Positions 39,593-48,781 of a DNA stretch of 64,000 nt are shown piece after piece (the stretch's first letter is position 1; every line of letters starts with the position of its first letter). The stretch spans positions 1 to 64,000 of IMG/VR virus record IMGVR_UViG_3300027746_000644, one strand, 5' to 3'. This DNA comes from a virus. The notes under the pieces were generated by a model. The model was not told the origin of the DNA. It saw only the letters and a list, made by a program, of their open reading frames with translations, and did no database searches. Both the position numbers and the translations under genes were made by a program.

Positions 39593-39895
39593 ATGGAACA
39601 ACAACCAAAACAAGTATATCGCTCAATGCAAGGCAAAGAAGTTGATATGAATAGATTAGTTAACGTTAACGAACTTACTCCAGCAGTTGGTAATATTAAA
39701 GTTAATGCCCGTGGTGACGAACTAGGAGCGGGTGGTCGCATTGTTAGAAAACGCGAAGAAATCCTAAGAGAAGCAGAAGCCAACAGAATTGTCCCAGATC
39801 AAATTAACATCAGGACACCCGAAGAAACTGTTGTTGCAAAACCAGTTGTTGCTAAGAAAAATGTAGCAGACATGGATCCTGAAGGAAACGAATGA
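39593..39895 (+). CDS. conserved hypothetical phage protein
   Basis: AAGGAG RBS; YRSMQGKEVDM...AVGNIKVNARGDELG. Confidence 0.75.
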   Translation: MEQQPKQVYRSMQGKEVDMNRLVNVNELTPAVGNIKVNARGDELGAGGRIVRKREEILREAEANRIVPDQINIRTPEETVVAKPVVAKKNVADMDPEGNE

Positions 39896-40302
39896 AAAAA
39901 GTACCAGTATATGCTAGTAAATTAAAACCAATTCGAGATAACATTGTTATCGTTGATATGGATTTTGGCGAGCAAAAAACTAAAGGCGGGCTTGTGCTGT
40001 TAAGCGACGATGGCAAAAGCGAAGGTGTTAAAAGTCGATGGGGCAAGGTTTATTCCATCGGGCCAAGTCAAGTGGATGTAAAGGTTGGTGAGTGGATTTT
40101 GCTTGAGCATGGCCGTTGGAGTCGTGGGTTTACTGTGTTGGATGATGACGGCAACGATATGATTATTCGTCGTGCTGATCCAAAAGGAATTTTAGCAGTC
40201 ACTGACGAAAAACCAAATGAAGTTATTTACGGTGCCCACAGTACTGTATCACACCAAACATTTGATCCAGCTTCGTTTGCAAGACCAAGCTTCGAACAAT
40301 AA
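39892..40302 (+). CDS. groES: co-chaperonin GroES-like
   Basis: LKPIRDNIVI, KTKGGLVL mobile loop, G.VYSIGP, VKVGE. Confidence 0.8.
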   Translation: MKKVPVYASKLKPIRDNIVIVDMDFGEQKTKGGLVLLSDDGKSEGVKSRWGKVYSIGPSQVDVKVGEWILLEHGRWSRGFTVLDDDGNDMIIRRADPKGILAVTDEKPNEVIYGAHSTVSHQTFDPASFARPSFEQ

Positions 40303-40863
40303 ATGATTATTGAATCTGTATTCCCAACATGTGTTCTCCAGGATTCTAATGTAGAGTTAGCTAACGCATTGTTGCCGTTGTGTAATAAGTATACATCATT
40401 AACTACAGACAATTTACTTAATATCGATAATTTTCCATCAACACTTGGGTCTAATGATCTCAATCCTGTTGTGATGTCAGAGCCGCTGGTACAGCAAACA
40501 TTGAATACAATAATAACGCATTATGCTGTTAAATTAGCAGATGCGGCGGGCATGAATTATTATCAAATAGATTTTAAACCATATGGGTTTTTTAGTTCTA
40601 TGAATAAAAATGCGTATCTAAGAAGACACATGCATCACCAATGTACATTTTCTGGAATCATTTACTTAGAAGTTGGTGACGATGTTCCGCCGTTGGTATT
40701 GTTTAATCCAAAATCAATATCAGTGTTTAATAACGAAATACAAAACACATATTTTGTTGAGCCAAAAGTTGGAAACATTGTGATATGGAACGCTTGGATG
40801 GAACACGAAGTTCCGCAAAAATTAAACAATAATCCTAGAAAATCATTTTCATTTAATATTTGA
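40303..40863 (+). CDS. putative 2OG-Fe(II) oxygenase (TIGR02466-like)
   Basis: HMH...SGIIYL...W.EHEV...RKSFSFN. Confidence 0.75.
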   Translation: MIIESVFPTCVLQDSNVELANALLPLCNKYTSLTTDNLLNIDNFPSTLGSNDLNPVVMSEPLVQQTLNTIITHYAVKLADAAGMNYYQIDFKPYGFFSSMNKNAYLRRHMHHQCTFSGIIYLEVGDDVPPLVLFNPKSISVFNNEIQNTYFVEPKVGNIVIWNAWMEHEVPQKLNNNPRKSFSFNI

Positions 40864-40875
40864 GCATCAATCTTA

Positions 40876-40926
40876 TTGACTATTAGGCAACGTTCATTGT
40901 ATAATTAGAAGAAGAGTTTCTAATTA
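40876..40926 (+). promoter_or_regulatory. sigma70 promoter overlapped by a 9-bp inverted repeat
   Basis: TTGACT (40876-40881), 18 bp, TATAAT (40900-40905); TAATTAGAA (40902-40910) pairs with TTCTAATTA (40918-40926). Confidence 0.6.
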
Positions 40927-40936
40927 AGGAGATACA

Positions 40937-41200
40937 ATGAACGCTAAAGACCAAGCAAAGAAAGATTACGAAGAAAATATTCAACTGATGCAAGACCTTA
41001 TGGGTCGTCTAGACGCTGTGGAGAAAAAAACTACCAGCGAGGTAGAGCATCCAGATCCAACCAAACACAAATATATTAGCTTTGTAAAAAGCTTCTTTAG
41101 AATTATTGCTGGCATTGCATTATGCTTTGGCGAATTTACTGTTGCTGGTCTGTTATTGATTGTTGCAGAAGCACTTGGAGTTTACGAGGAAATGGTTTAA
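40937..41200 (+). CDS. small membrane protein
   Basis: AAGGAG RBS; C-terminal hydrophobic hairpin ending AEALGVYEEMV. Confidence 0.75.
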   Translation: MNAKDQAKKDYEENIQLMQDLMGRLDAVEKKTTSEVEHPDPTKHKYISFVKSFFRIIAGIALCFGEFTVAGLLLIVAEALGVYEEMV

Positions 41201-41201
41201 A

Positions 41202-42116
41202 ATGAAAGAATTATGGGTAGAAAAATATCGGCCTAACACCATTGATGGTTATGTGTTTAGAGATAATCATCAAAAAGAACAAGTAGAATCTTGGATCAAA
41301 CAAAAGTCAATTCCGCATTTGCTGTTTAGTGGCAACGCTGGTATTGGCAAAACTACTCTAGCAAGGGTACTGTTTAACGAATTACAAATTAATGATCTAG
41401 ATGTTTTGGAAATCAATGCGTCACGCACAAACTCAGTTGAAGATGTTCGTGACAAGATTGTAAATTTTGTACAAATGATTCCGTTTGGTGATTTTAAAGT
41501 AGTACTATTAGACGAAGCAGACTATCTGTCACCTAACGCACAGGCGGCTTTGCGTGGAGTTATGGAAGAATACCATACTACTGCAAGATTTATCCTTACC
41601 TGTAACTATCCTAATCGTATTATTCCAGCATTGCATAGTCGTTGTCAAGGTTTTCACATTGAAAAAGTTGATATTGCTGAATTCACTGCTCGTGTGGCTA
41701 CCATTCTCATGGAAGAATCTGTAGAGTTTGATTTGGATACCTTAGACACGTTTGTCAAAGCTACCTATCCAGACCTACGCAAATGTATCAACACCACACA
41801 AATGAACAGTATGGATGGAAAATTACATACTCCAGAAAAAGCAGATAGTGGGCAAGCTGATTATAAGTTAGACATGGTTCGATTATTCAAAGCAGGAAAA
41901 ATCACAGAAGGTCGTAAACTTGTTTGTAGTCAAGCACGACCAGAAGAGATGGAAGAAATATTCCGCTGGCTTTATGACAACGTGGAAATTTTTGGTGACG
42001 AAGCAATCCAAGACAAAGCAATTCTTATTATTAAACAGGGATTAGTGGATCACACATTGATTATTGATCCAGAAATTAATCTTTCAGCAACGTTAATTAG
42101 ACTGAGCCACCTATGA
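41202..42116 (+). CDS. sliding-clamp loader AAA+ subunit (RFC small subunit / T4 gp44-like)
   Basis: LWVEKYRP, Walker [23 protein letters not shown] motif. Confidence 0.93.
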   Translation: MKELWVEKYRPNTIDGYVFRDNHQKEQVESWIKQKSIPHLLFSGNAGIGKTTLARVLFNELQINDLDVLEINASRTNSVEDVRDKIVNFVQMIPFGDFKVVLLDEADYLSPNAQAALRGVMEEYHTTARFILTCNYPNRIIPALHSRCQGFHIEKVDIAEFTARVATILMEESVEFDLDTLDTFVKATYPDLRKCINTTQMNSMDGKLHTPEKADSGQADYKLDMVRLFKAGKITEGRKLVCSQARPEEMEEIFRWLYDNVEIFGDEAIQDKAILIIKQGLVDHTLIIDPEINLSATLIRLSHL

Positions 42117-42436
42117 CATATTTGGTGTTGGAAAATTGCATTAAATGCAAACATACTGACTGTGTAGAAGTTTGTCCAGTTGATTGCTTCAAAGAAGGCC
42201 CCAACTTTCTAGTTATCGATCCAGACGAATGTATTGACTGTGGAGTATGTGTCCCCGAATGTCCAATTGATGCTATTATTCCAGATACAGATAAAACTGT
42301 GGATGTTGTATTCTGGACTGAACTTAACACAAGGCTTGCTAAAAAATGGCCCGCTATTACCAAGCGTAAAAATGCACTACCTGATGCAGAACTGTGGAAG
42401 GATAAGCCTAATAAATTAGACTTGTTAGAAGAATGA
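42113..42436 (+). CDS. fdxA: 7Fe ferredoxin (FdxA type)
   Basis: [18 protein letters not shown]...[12 protein letters not shown] with the FdI-like C-terminal extension. Confidence 0.92.
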   Translation: MTYLVLENCIKCKHTDCVEVCPVDCFKEGPNFLVIDPDECIDCGVCVPECPIDAIIPDTDKTVDVVFWTELNTRLAKKWPAITKRKNALPDAELWKDKPNKLDLLEE

Positions 42437-42885
42437 AAGAAAAGTTCGTAGATGCATACATGGATGTTGCTGAACGATTTGCTGAACTGAGTTCAGCACG
42501 TAGACTTCATGTAGGTGCTATTGTTGTAAAAGACGACCGCATTATTAGCATAGGCTACAACGGTATGCCCGGCGGTTGGGACAATGACTGTGAACTTGAA
42601 ATCTACGAAGATAATGGTGACGATGAACCCGTAACCATTTTAAAATCTAAACCGGAGGTACTACATGCAGAAACAAACGCAATCGCCAAGTTGGCTAAAA
42701 GCACTGAATCTGGGGCTAATGCTACTATGTTTATTACTCACAGTCCTTGTTTGGATTGTGCCAAACTTATTTTTCAGTCTGGCATTAGCAGTGTGTTTTA
42801 CCGCGACTCTTATCGTAGCGAAGATGGAATACAATTCCTCACAAAATCGGGAGTAACTGTTACACAAATAAAAAAGGGCCCGTAG
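42433..42885 (+). CDS. dCMP deaminase
   Basis: GYNG, HAE, PCLDC. Confidence 0.92.
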   Translation: MKEKFVDAYMDVAERFAELSSARRLHVGAIVVKDDRIISIGYNGMPGGWDNDCELEIYEDNGDDEPVTILKSKPEVLHAETNAIAKLAKSTESGANATMFITHSPCLDCAKLIFQSGISSVFYRDSYRSEDGIQFLTKSGVTVTQIKKGP

Positions 42886-42895
42886 GCCCTTTTTT
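42870..42895. terminator. bidirectional intrinsic terminator
   Basis: AAAAAAGGGCC-CGTA-GGCCCTTTTTT between convergent genes. Confidence 0.85.
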
Positions 42896-43628
42896 ATGAA
42901 TCTCCGTACAATGCTAATACTTCTTTCACAGCATTATGACGTTCAATATCTTTGGCATTGAATTGCACAATGTCAACGTGTTTCAATCCCTGCTTTCCTC
43001 CAAGTAAATTACAAAAATTGATTAATCCATTATCATTTAATCTATCTGCTTGAGCTAAATCTCCAGTTACTACCATGCGAGAACCATCTCCGAGTCTAGT
43101 TAACAACATTTTCATTTGGTTTACAGTTGTGTTCTGACACTCGTCAGCGATAATGTAAGCATTTTTAAATGTGCGTCCTCGCATATAAGCGAGCGGGCTT
43201 ATTTCGATAGTTCCATCCTCCAACATTTTTGCAATGTCTTTTTGTTGGTAATACTCTCCTAAGACGTCAAATATGGGTCTGGTCCACGGCGCCATTTTTT
43301 CATTTAGCGTGCCTGGCAAAAATCCCAAATCTTCATCTACACTCACGGCGGGTCTTGTCACAATGATCTTGTCAACTTTACCTTCCTGAAATAATCTAAT
43401 CCCGTTCTGTACGGCCAGCATAGTTTTTCCCGTGCCGGCTGGACCAATGGCTAAAATAATGCTTTTGGCATCATCTTGCAATTTTCTAACGTATAATTCT
43501 TGATTAGTGTTGCGCGGTGATAGTTGTACACGTTGCTTCTTTTGAGGCAAGTATGGTTGAAAATCAATTATGTTAACTTCTGATGTAAAACGTTTTTTCA
43601 CTCGTTGCGTTACTCGTTGTTTACTCAT
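42894..43628 (-). CDS. phoH: PhoH-like ATPase
   Basis: GPAGTGKT, RPAV, LGFLPG, YMRGRTF, DECQN, TRLG, GDLAQAD. Confidence 0.95.
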   Translation of the reverse strand: MSKQRVTQRVKKRFTSEVNIIDFQPYLPQKKQRVQLSPRNTNQELYVRKLQDDAKSIILAIGPAGTGKTMLAVQNGIRLFQEGKVDKIIVTRPAVSVDEDLGFLPGTLNEKMAPWTRPIFDVLGEYYQQKDIAKMLEDGTIEISPLAYMRGRTFKNAYIIADECQNTTVNQMKMLLTRLGDGSRMVVTGDLAQADRLNDNGLINFCNLLGGKQGLKHVDIVQFNAKDIERHNAVKEVLALYGDS

Positions 43629-43636
43629 CTAAGTTG

Positions 43637-43712
43637 CTCCTACTTTACTTGGTTAAGTAGGACTTGTAGCGACCGCCCTTGATAACTACAGAGGTCCTAC
43701 ATTTTTATTTAC
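43637..43712 (-). promoter_or_regulatory. phoH structured leader with alternative anti-SD pairing
   Basis: Minus-strand GTAAATA, then a GTAGGAC...GTCCTAC stem whose 3' arm (TCCTACTT) can instead pair with AAGTAGGA, which covers the SD. Confidence 0.5.
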
Positions 43713-43792
43713 TCTATTCAAAAAATAATAAACTGTTATGTTATCGTTTAAAACCAGCTAAATAAGTATAGAAACTTCTGGGACTTACCATA

Positions 43793-44386
43793 ATGCATGA
43801 TATAATAGACGTCATTAACAACATACAAACATTGTATGAAAACAACTCTAATCTAGCTGTTTTAAAGGATTTTGAGCGTGTTTTAGATGAGATGGATACT
43901 TATGTATTCGAAAACTGGGTCGATGGCGAACTAGCATACGGACCACGTGTTGATCGTCATTGGATCACTGCCTCATTTATGTGGCCGCAAGATAAAATGC
44001 CTGATCCAGATGCAGGTAAAAGACTAGTAGATTTAGGTTGCAAAGTTCGATACCAAAAAAGCCATTTGCTGGAACCTCGTAAAATTCGCACACATGAAGA
44101 CATACGCCCAGGAAGCAAAAAAGGAAAATTAGATCGTAAACCTATTTGGCTTGTCGAAATTCAGATGCCTAAGAAAGTAGCGTTTGATGTGTACAAAGGC
44201 TACATGGATAAGATGAAAAATGAAAATCAAGCTGGTAGTGCTCCCAGTGAGGCAACTTCTCCAGCTGTTGCAGGGCCAACTGCTCCGCCAATGCCAGGCG
44301 GTGCTCCTGGTGGCGGAATGCCTGGTGGTGCTCCGGCTGCTCCGGCTGCTCCTGGTGGAATGCCTGGAGGTGCGCCTGCGGCGTAA
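43793..44386 (+). CDS. conserved hypothetical phage protein with Pro/Gly/Ala tail
   Basis: 197-aa ORF with low-complexity MPGG/APAA C-terminal repeats; TAAATA upstream. Confidence 0.8.
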   Translation: MHDIIDVINNIQTLYENNSNLAVLKDFERVLDEMDTYVFENWVDGELAYGPRVDRHWITASFMWPQDKMPDPDAGKRLVDLGCKVRYQKSHLLEPRKIRTHEDIRPGSKKGKLDRKPIWLVEIQMPKKVAFDVYKGYMDKMKNENQAGSAPSEATSPAVAGPTAPPMPGGAPGGGMPGGAPAAPAAPGGMPGGAPAA

Positions 44387-44394
44387 GGATCATT

Positions 44395-45126
44395 ATGAAA
44401 ATTAATGAAAGTTTGCGAGCTCAAGACTTGCGCCATATGATTAAAAAAGTCTTTGGCATTGACAGCTACAAAAGTAAAGTTGGCAATGACGAAGAAGTTG
44501 TTGTCCTAAGTTTTGTAGTATCTGAAGAAGATCCTGCAAAAGATCTTGAAAATTTTATTGAGATGGGTTATGATTTTGTATTAGATGCAGATGTTACCCC
44601 AGGCGAAACCGATGACGGTGAATTTTTGGTATTTGTAGAATTAGAACGTGGAAGACATGTTGCGGAACAAATTATGCAAATTGTCAGCGGTGTTACTAAG
44701 CTAACAGAATTTGATTATATGAGATTCCGTTACTTTAAAAATTTTAAAAGTCAAGAAGCAACAGAAGAGAATTTAGCGGCAATAGTTCCAGCAGATAAAA
44801 ATTCTTATAAAATTTCTACAGAACGATCTAGTTTAAATAATTTTAGCGAATTCTTTTCTAGGAGTTATGCGGATAAAGTAACAGTGTTAGACGAATCAAT
44901 TACATTTAAACGATCTGCTAATCAACCAATATCATTTAATATCGTTGCAAGTGGTAAAAAACAAGATGTATATAATAATATGCAGGGCCCAATTATGTTA
45001 GAAGGAAAAGATATTTCAGAAGTATTGTTCTTGACTAAAACAATTGGTAACTACAATATTACTAAGATTAGTAATAAATTTATATTTGAAAACAACGGAT
45101 GGGCCGTTGCACTTGAAAGGAATTAA
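44395..45126 (+). CDS. hypothetical phage protein
   Basis: 243-aa ORF, AAGGA RBS, begins MKINES. Confidence 0.8.
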   Translation: MKINESLRAQDLRHMIKKVFGIDSYKSKVGNDEEVVVLSFVVSEEDPAKDLENFIEMGYDFVLDADVTPGETDDGEFLVFVELERGRHVAEQIMQIVSGVTKLTEFDYMRFRYFKNFKSQEATEENLAAIVPADKNSYKISTERSSLNNFSEFFSRSYADKVTVLDESITFKRSANQPISFNIVASGKKQDVYNNMQGPIMLEGKDISEVLFLTKTIGNYNITKISNKFIFENNGWAVALERN

Positions 45127-45128
45127 TA

Positions 45129-45758
45129 ATGTCAAATTTTGATTTTGAATTTACAGAAAATAAATTATCACAAATAATTACAAACAATCAATATGTTAAT
45201 GATTGGTTTGAAGCATTATCTAAATTATTACCAGATTATGATATCAACACAGTGCCACGTGTTGCGGCATTTTTAGCACAAACAGCACACGAATCCGGCG
45301 GATACAAGGCTCTTAAAGAAAATTTAAACTATCGTGCAGAAACACTTATGAAAGTGTGGCCACGTTATTTTCCTAATATGGAAATTGCAAATCAATACGC
45401 TCATAAGCAAGAAGCCATTGCTAACCGTGCATACGGCGGACGCATGGGTAATGGTCCGGAAGCATCAGGCGATGGTTTTAAATATTGCGGACGTGGACTA
45501 ATCCAATTGACTGGCAAAGATAATTATACCAGCTTTGCCGAAAGCATTGAAACACCTGTGGAAGAAATTCCAGAATTCCTTGGAACATTTGAAGGTGCTG
45601 TACAAAGTGCCTGTTGGTTCTGGGAAAACAATAATTTAAATCAGTTTGCAGATAGTGGAGATATGCTGACATTAACTAAACGTATTAATGGCGGCACATT
45701 GGGATTAGATGAACGTGTAGCACATTATAACCATGCCATGCATATTTTAGGAAGCTGA
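45129..45758 (+). CDS. glycoside hydrolase family 19 endolysin
   Basis: AAFLAQTAHESGG, ENLNY, GRGLIQLTGKDNY, SACWFW, TKRINGG. Confidence 0.93.
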   Translation: MSNFDFEFTENKLSQIITNNQYVNDWFEALSKLLPDYDINTVPRVAAFLAQTAHESGGYKALKENLNYRAETLMKVWPRYFPNMEIANQYAHKQEAIANRAYGGRMGNGPEASGDGFKYCGRGLIQLTGKDNYTSFAESIETPVEEIPEFLGTFEGAVQSACWFWENNNLNQFADSGDMLTLTKRINGGTLGLDERVAHYNHAMHILGS

Positions 45759-45759
45759 C

Positions 45760-46380
45760 ATGGGACAGTTAGGGTGGCTGTTTAGTTTTATCCCAGATGG
45801 TCTTTTTGTTTGGCTTGCTTATATTCTGTTTGGAATAGGTGTTGTGTTGTACTCGGCCAGCAAATTAGTTATATGGATTCCCATGATGGGACAGTACAAA
45901 CTACCAGCAGAAATAGTTGGTATTGTGTTTCTAGTGATGGGTTCTTATATGTTTGGTAGCTACGGTACTGAAATGGTGTGGCGTGAACGTGTGGCAGAAC
46001 TAGAAGCCAAAGTTAAAGTTGCCGAAGAAAAGAGTCAACAGGTCAATACTGTGATAGAGACTAAAATAGTTGAAAAAATTAAAGTAGTCAAGGAAAATGT
46101 ATATGTTAATAGAGAAATTATCAAAGAAGTTGCAGGCAAACAGTTGGATGCTCAGTGTACTTTGCCTCGGTCTACTGTCAGCTTGCACGACAGCGCCAGT
46201 CGTAATGAAGTTCCCGAGCGTGCCGCCGCAACTGATGGAACCCCCAGTGGAGTTGAAGCCAGTAGGCTCCTCGACAGAGTTGTTGAAAACTACGGCGCCT
46301 GTCACGAAAACGCAGAAAAACTAAAAATGTGGCAAGAATGGTATAGGGAGCAGAAGAAAATTTTCGAATCAGTTAAATAG
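45760..46380 (+). CDS. i-spanin (Rz-like)
   Basis: N-terminal TM segments, coiled coil, LHD.A...VVENYGACHEN; directly follows the endolysin. Confidence 0.75.
   Translation: MGQLGWLFSFIPDGLFVWLAYILFGIGVVLYSASKLVIWIPMMGQYKLPAEIVGIVFLVMGSYMFGSYGTEMVWRERVAELEAKVKVAEEKSQQVNTVIETKIVEKIKVVKENVYVNREIIKEVAGKQLDAQCTLPRSTVSLHDSASRNEVPERAAATDGTPSGVEASRLLDRVVENYGACHENAEKLKMWQEWYREQKKIFESVK
46097..46324 (+). CDS. o-spanin (Rz1-like lipoprotein) embedded in the i-spanin, +1 frame
   Basis: Lipobox LLSA-C followed by Pro-rich TTAPVVMKFPSVPPQLMEPP; exact start uncertain. Confidence 0.7.
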   Translation: MYMLIEKLSKKLQANSWMLSVLCLGLLSACTTAPVVMKFPSVPPQLMEPPVELKPVGSSTELLKTTAPVTKTQKN

Positions 46381-46404
46381 TAATATAATTTAGGAGCGAA
46401 CTAA

Positions 46405-46941
46405 ATGTCAGAAGAAGTAAAAAGCGCAAGCGAGACAAAGAAAGAAGATTGGATGAACAGCAAATGGCGTCCAATGATGGGCTGGATGTACATGCTGGTC
46501 TGTGTTATGGACATGGTTATATTTCCAATCTTATGGAGTCTATTACAGTCTTTAAATCACGGTCAAGTTTCAAGCCAATGGAATCCTTTAACCCTACAAG
46601 GTGCTGGCTTATTCCATATTGCCATGGGTGCAGTGTTAGGTCTGGCAGCATGGGGGCGAACACAGGAAAAACTGGGAGGAGCCAATAATGGCGGTATGCA
46701 ACCAGTGGCGCAAAGCGTCACAACAACATTTGGTTCTCCGCAGTCCCAAGGCTTTGGCAACTCCGGTGGTTTCAATTCGCCAGCACCAAGTAACTATAGT
46801 GGTGGATTTGGTAGCACACCACCAACAAGTTTTGCGCCAGCGCCAAGCTGGGGTACAACACCAACAAACAATTTTGGCGGCCCAGCTGTAACTGCCAGCG
46901 GTAAAAAAATTGTACCGCAAGATCAAGATCCAGTTCTATAA
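46405..46941 (+). CDS. holin (GTA 3TM-holin-like) with Gly/Ser/Pro tail
   Basis: WRPMMGW, TM helices, GAVLG..AWGRTQEK; located in the lysis cassette. Confidence 0.7.
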   Translation: MSEEVKSASETKKEDWMNSKWRPMMGWMYMLVCVMDMVIFPILWSLLQSLNHGQVSSQWNPLTLQGAGLFHIAMGAVLGLAAWGRTQEKLGGANNGGMQPVAQSVTTTFGSPQSQGFGNSGGFNSPAPSNYSGGFGSTPPTSFAPAPSWGTTPTNNFGGPAVTASGKKIVPQDQDPVL

Positions 46942-46952
46942 AGGAAAATAAA

Positions 46953-47165
46953 ATGAAATCGATTCTAGTATTATTAGCAAGTTTAGCATTGGTTGGAACA
47001 GCATACGCAGGCGGCGAAACCAAAGAAGTTTGTAAAAACAAACTGGACAAAGCCGGCAAAGTTGTAACTGGCAAGGATGGAAAGCCTACGCAAGTGTGCA
47101 AGAAAATCAAAGTACACGAAAAGGCCGAAGGACATAAGGTTCCGGACGCAACTAAAAAGAAATAA
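46953..47165 (+). CDS. small secreted/periplasmic protein
   Basis: Signal peptide (MKSILVLLASLALVGTAYA), two Cys, Lys-rich. Confidence 0.7.
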   Translation: MKSILVLLASLALVGTAYAGGETKEVCKNKLDKAGKVVTGKDGKPTQVCKKIKVHEKAEGHKVPDATKKK

Positions 47166-47178
47166 TTAGCTCAGACTC

Positions 47179-47225
47179 TTGACGGGTCAAGTCTAATATA
47201 GTATAATTACTGTATTACTTGACCC
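47179..47225 (+). promoter_or_regulatory. sigma70 promoter embedded in a long inverted repeat
   Basis: TTGACG (47179-47184), 17 bp, TATAAT (47202-47207); arms 47184-47203 and 47208-47225. Confidence 0.6.
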
Positions 47226-47231
47226 ATTATT

Positions 47232-47930
47232 ATGACTATGAACGAACAACAACCAATTATGATTAGCCCGTTTGGGCCTGTATTTTTAAAATTTCAGCTC
47301 CCTAACGATATGCTTACAGCATTGCTTGAAGAAAGCGAAATAATGAAGTCAAAAACTCAAGACGACGCATATATTAAAGAATATGATTGGTCCGAGTATC
47401 TTGTTGGAAAAAATACAAACCAACTATTATTGACTTATGATTTTTTTGTCCAATCAAATTTACAATCTTTTTTAGTAGCACTTGGGGAATTCTATTTACA
47501 AAGTCACCATTCAACAGACGATGATGTTAAAAATACAAAATTAGCAATTGCGGCGGCTTGGTTAAATGTTACTAAAAAACATGATTACAATTGTATTCAC
47601 GATCATAACAAAAGTCCGTTATCTGGCATCATATATCTAAAAGAAGATGCTAGTATAGGAGAAGAAATTGATAGATTGGAAGAAAATTCTAAAATCAAAG
47701 GCGGAAGTTATTTGCCAGGCGTGACTCATTTTATATACAGTGCCAACAAAAACTTTTTAGATTCTACCAGTTTTTCATTTAGAGGAAAACCCGGAGATGT
47801 ATTAATTTTCCCCGGATGGGTTTCACATCTAGTCAATCCGTTTACAGCAGATGGAGAAAGGATGACTGTGGCTTTTAACTATCATAATGATGAAAATGTA
47901 ATTCATAAATATCCTAAGGAAATGCAGTAA
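47232..47930 (+). CDS. putative 2OG-Fe(II) oxygenase
   Basis: AWLN...HDH...LSGIIYL...IFPGWVSHLV.PF...ERMTVAFN. Confidence 0.8.
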   Translation: MTMNEQQPIMISPFGPVFLKFQLPNDMLTALLEESEIMKSKTQDDAYIKEYDWSEYLVGKNTNQLLLTYDFFVQSNLQSFLVALGEFYLQSHHSTDDDVKNTKLAIAAAWLNVTKKHDYNCIHDHNKSPLSGIIYLKEDASIGEEIDRLEENSKIKGGSYLPGVTHFIYSANKNFLDSTSFSFRGKPGDVLIFPGWVSHLVNPFTADGERMTVAFNYHNDENVIHKYPKEMQ

Positions 47931-48781
47931 TGACTAATCACTACCAAACACTGGGAGTTAACGAACAAGCAACTCCAGACGAAATTAAAAAAGCCTATAG
48001 AAGTCTAGCCAATAAACATCATCCAGACAAGGGTGGAGACCAAGCTATGTTTAAAAACATTAGCGTTGCTTACGAAAATCTAAGCGACCCTCAAAAGAAA
48101 GCTGAATACGATCAACAGAGGATGGGTGGGCCGCAAGTTCGTTTCCATACAGGTGGATGGGATCCGTTTGAGCAGGCATTTGGACAACACAATCCGTTTG
48201 CAGGACATCCGTTTGGAGATATTTTTGGACGTCAAGCGGGTCGTGGCCGAAACAGAGATTTAAATATCCAATGCCAAATTACATTAATGGATTCGTTAGT
48301 AGGTAAACAATTAGAAGCAAATTACAGATTACCCAGCGGTCGAACACAAACAGTTGTTATTAATGTTCCTCCTGGTATTGGACATGCCGAAACTATTAGA
48401 TATCAAGGATTAGGCGATGACAGTATTCCAAATGCGCCCCGTGGCAACTTAAATGTAACTATTGTGATATTACCCGATCCTAATTTTACACGCCAAGACG
48501 ATGATATCTATGCAAAGGTCTACATTAGTCCAATCGATGCTATGATCGGCTGTAGAAAACAAGTGAAAACATTATCAGGTCAAACATTAGATCTTGATCT
48601 TCGGGCTGGTATAGAGGATGGATCTGAATTTGCCAGTCAGGGCAATGGATTTCCCAATGTAAATACTGGACATAAAGGTCGATTTGTATCCATTGTTAAA
48701 ATACGCACACCCGGAGTGACTGATCCGTCATTAGTAGAACGCCTTAAAGCAATTAACAATGAAATTAATAAAACATCCTGA
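47930..48781 (+). CDS. dnaJ: DnaJ/CbpA-type co-chaperone (class B, no zinc finger)
   Basis: J-domain with HPD, G/F-rich linker, C-terminal substrate-binding domains. Confidence 0.9.
   Translation: MTNHYQTLGVNEQATPDEIKKAYRSLANKHHPDKGGDQAMFKNISVAYENLSDPQKKAEYDQQRMGGPQVRFHTGGWDPFEQAFGQHNPFAGHPFGDIFGRQAGRGRNRDLNIQCQITLMDSLVGKQLEANYRLPSGRTQTVVINVPPGIGHAETIRYQGLGDDSIPNAPRGNLNVTIVILPDPNFTRQDDDIYAKVYISPIDAMIGCRKQVKTLSGQTLDLDLRAGIEDGSEFASQGNGFPNVNTGHKGRFVSIVKIRTPGVTDPSLVERLKAINNEINKTS

Noticed and set aside
43672-43685. SAM-I riboswitch-like start (UUAUCAAG.GCGG) in the phoH leader
   Set aside because: The remaining SAM-I elements (kink-turn P2, P3, P4) are absent and the region is too short; kept only as an unclassified leader.
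44270-44386. GC-rich repeats with overlapping ORFs on both strands
   Set aside because: Explained by the Pro/Gly/Ala low-complexity tail of ORF 43793; the alternative ORFs lack RBSs.
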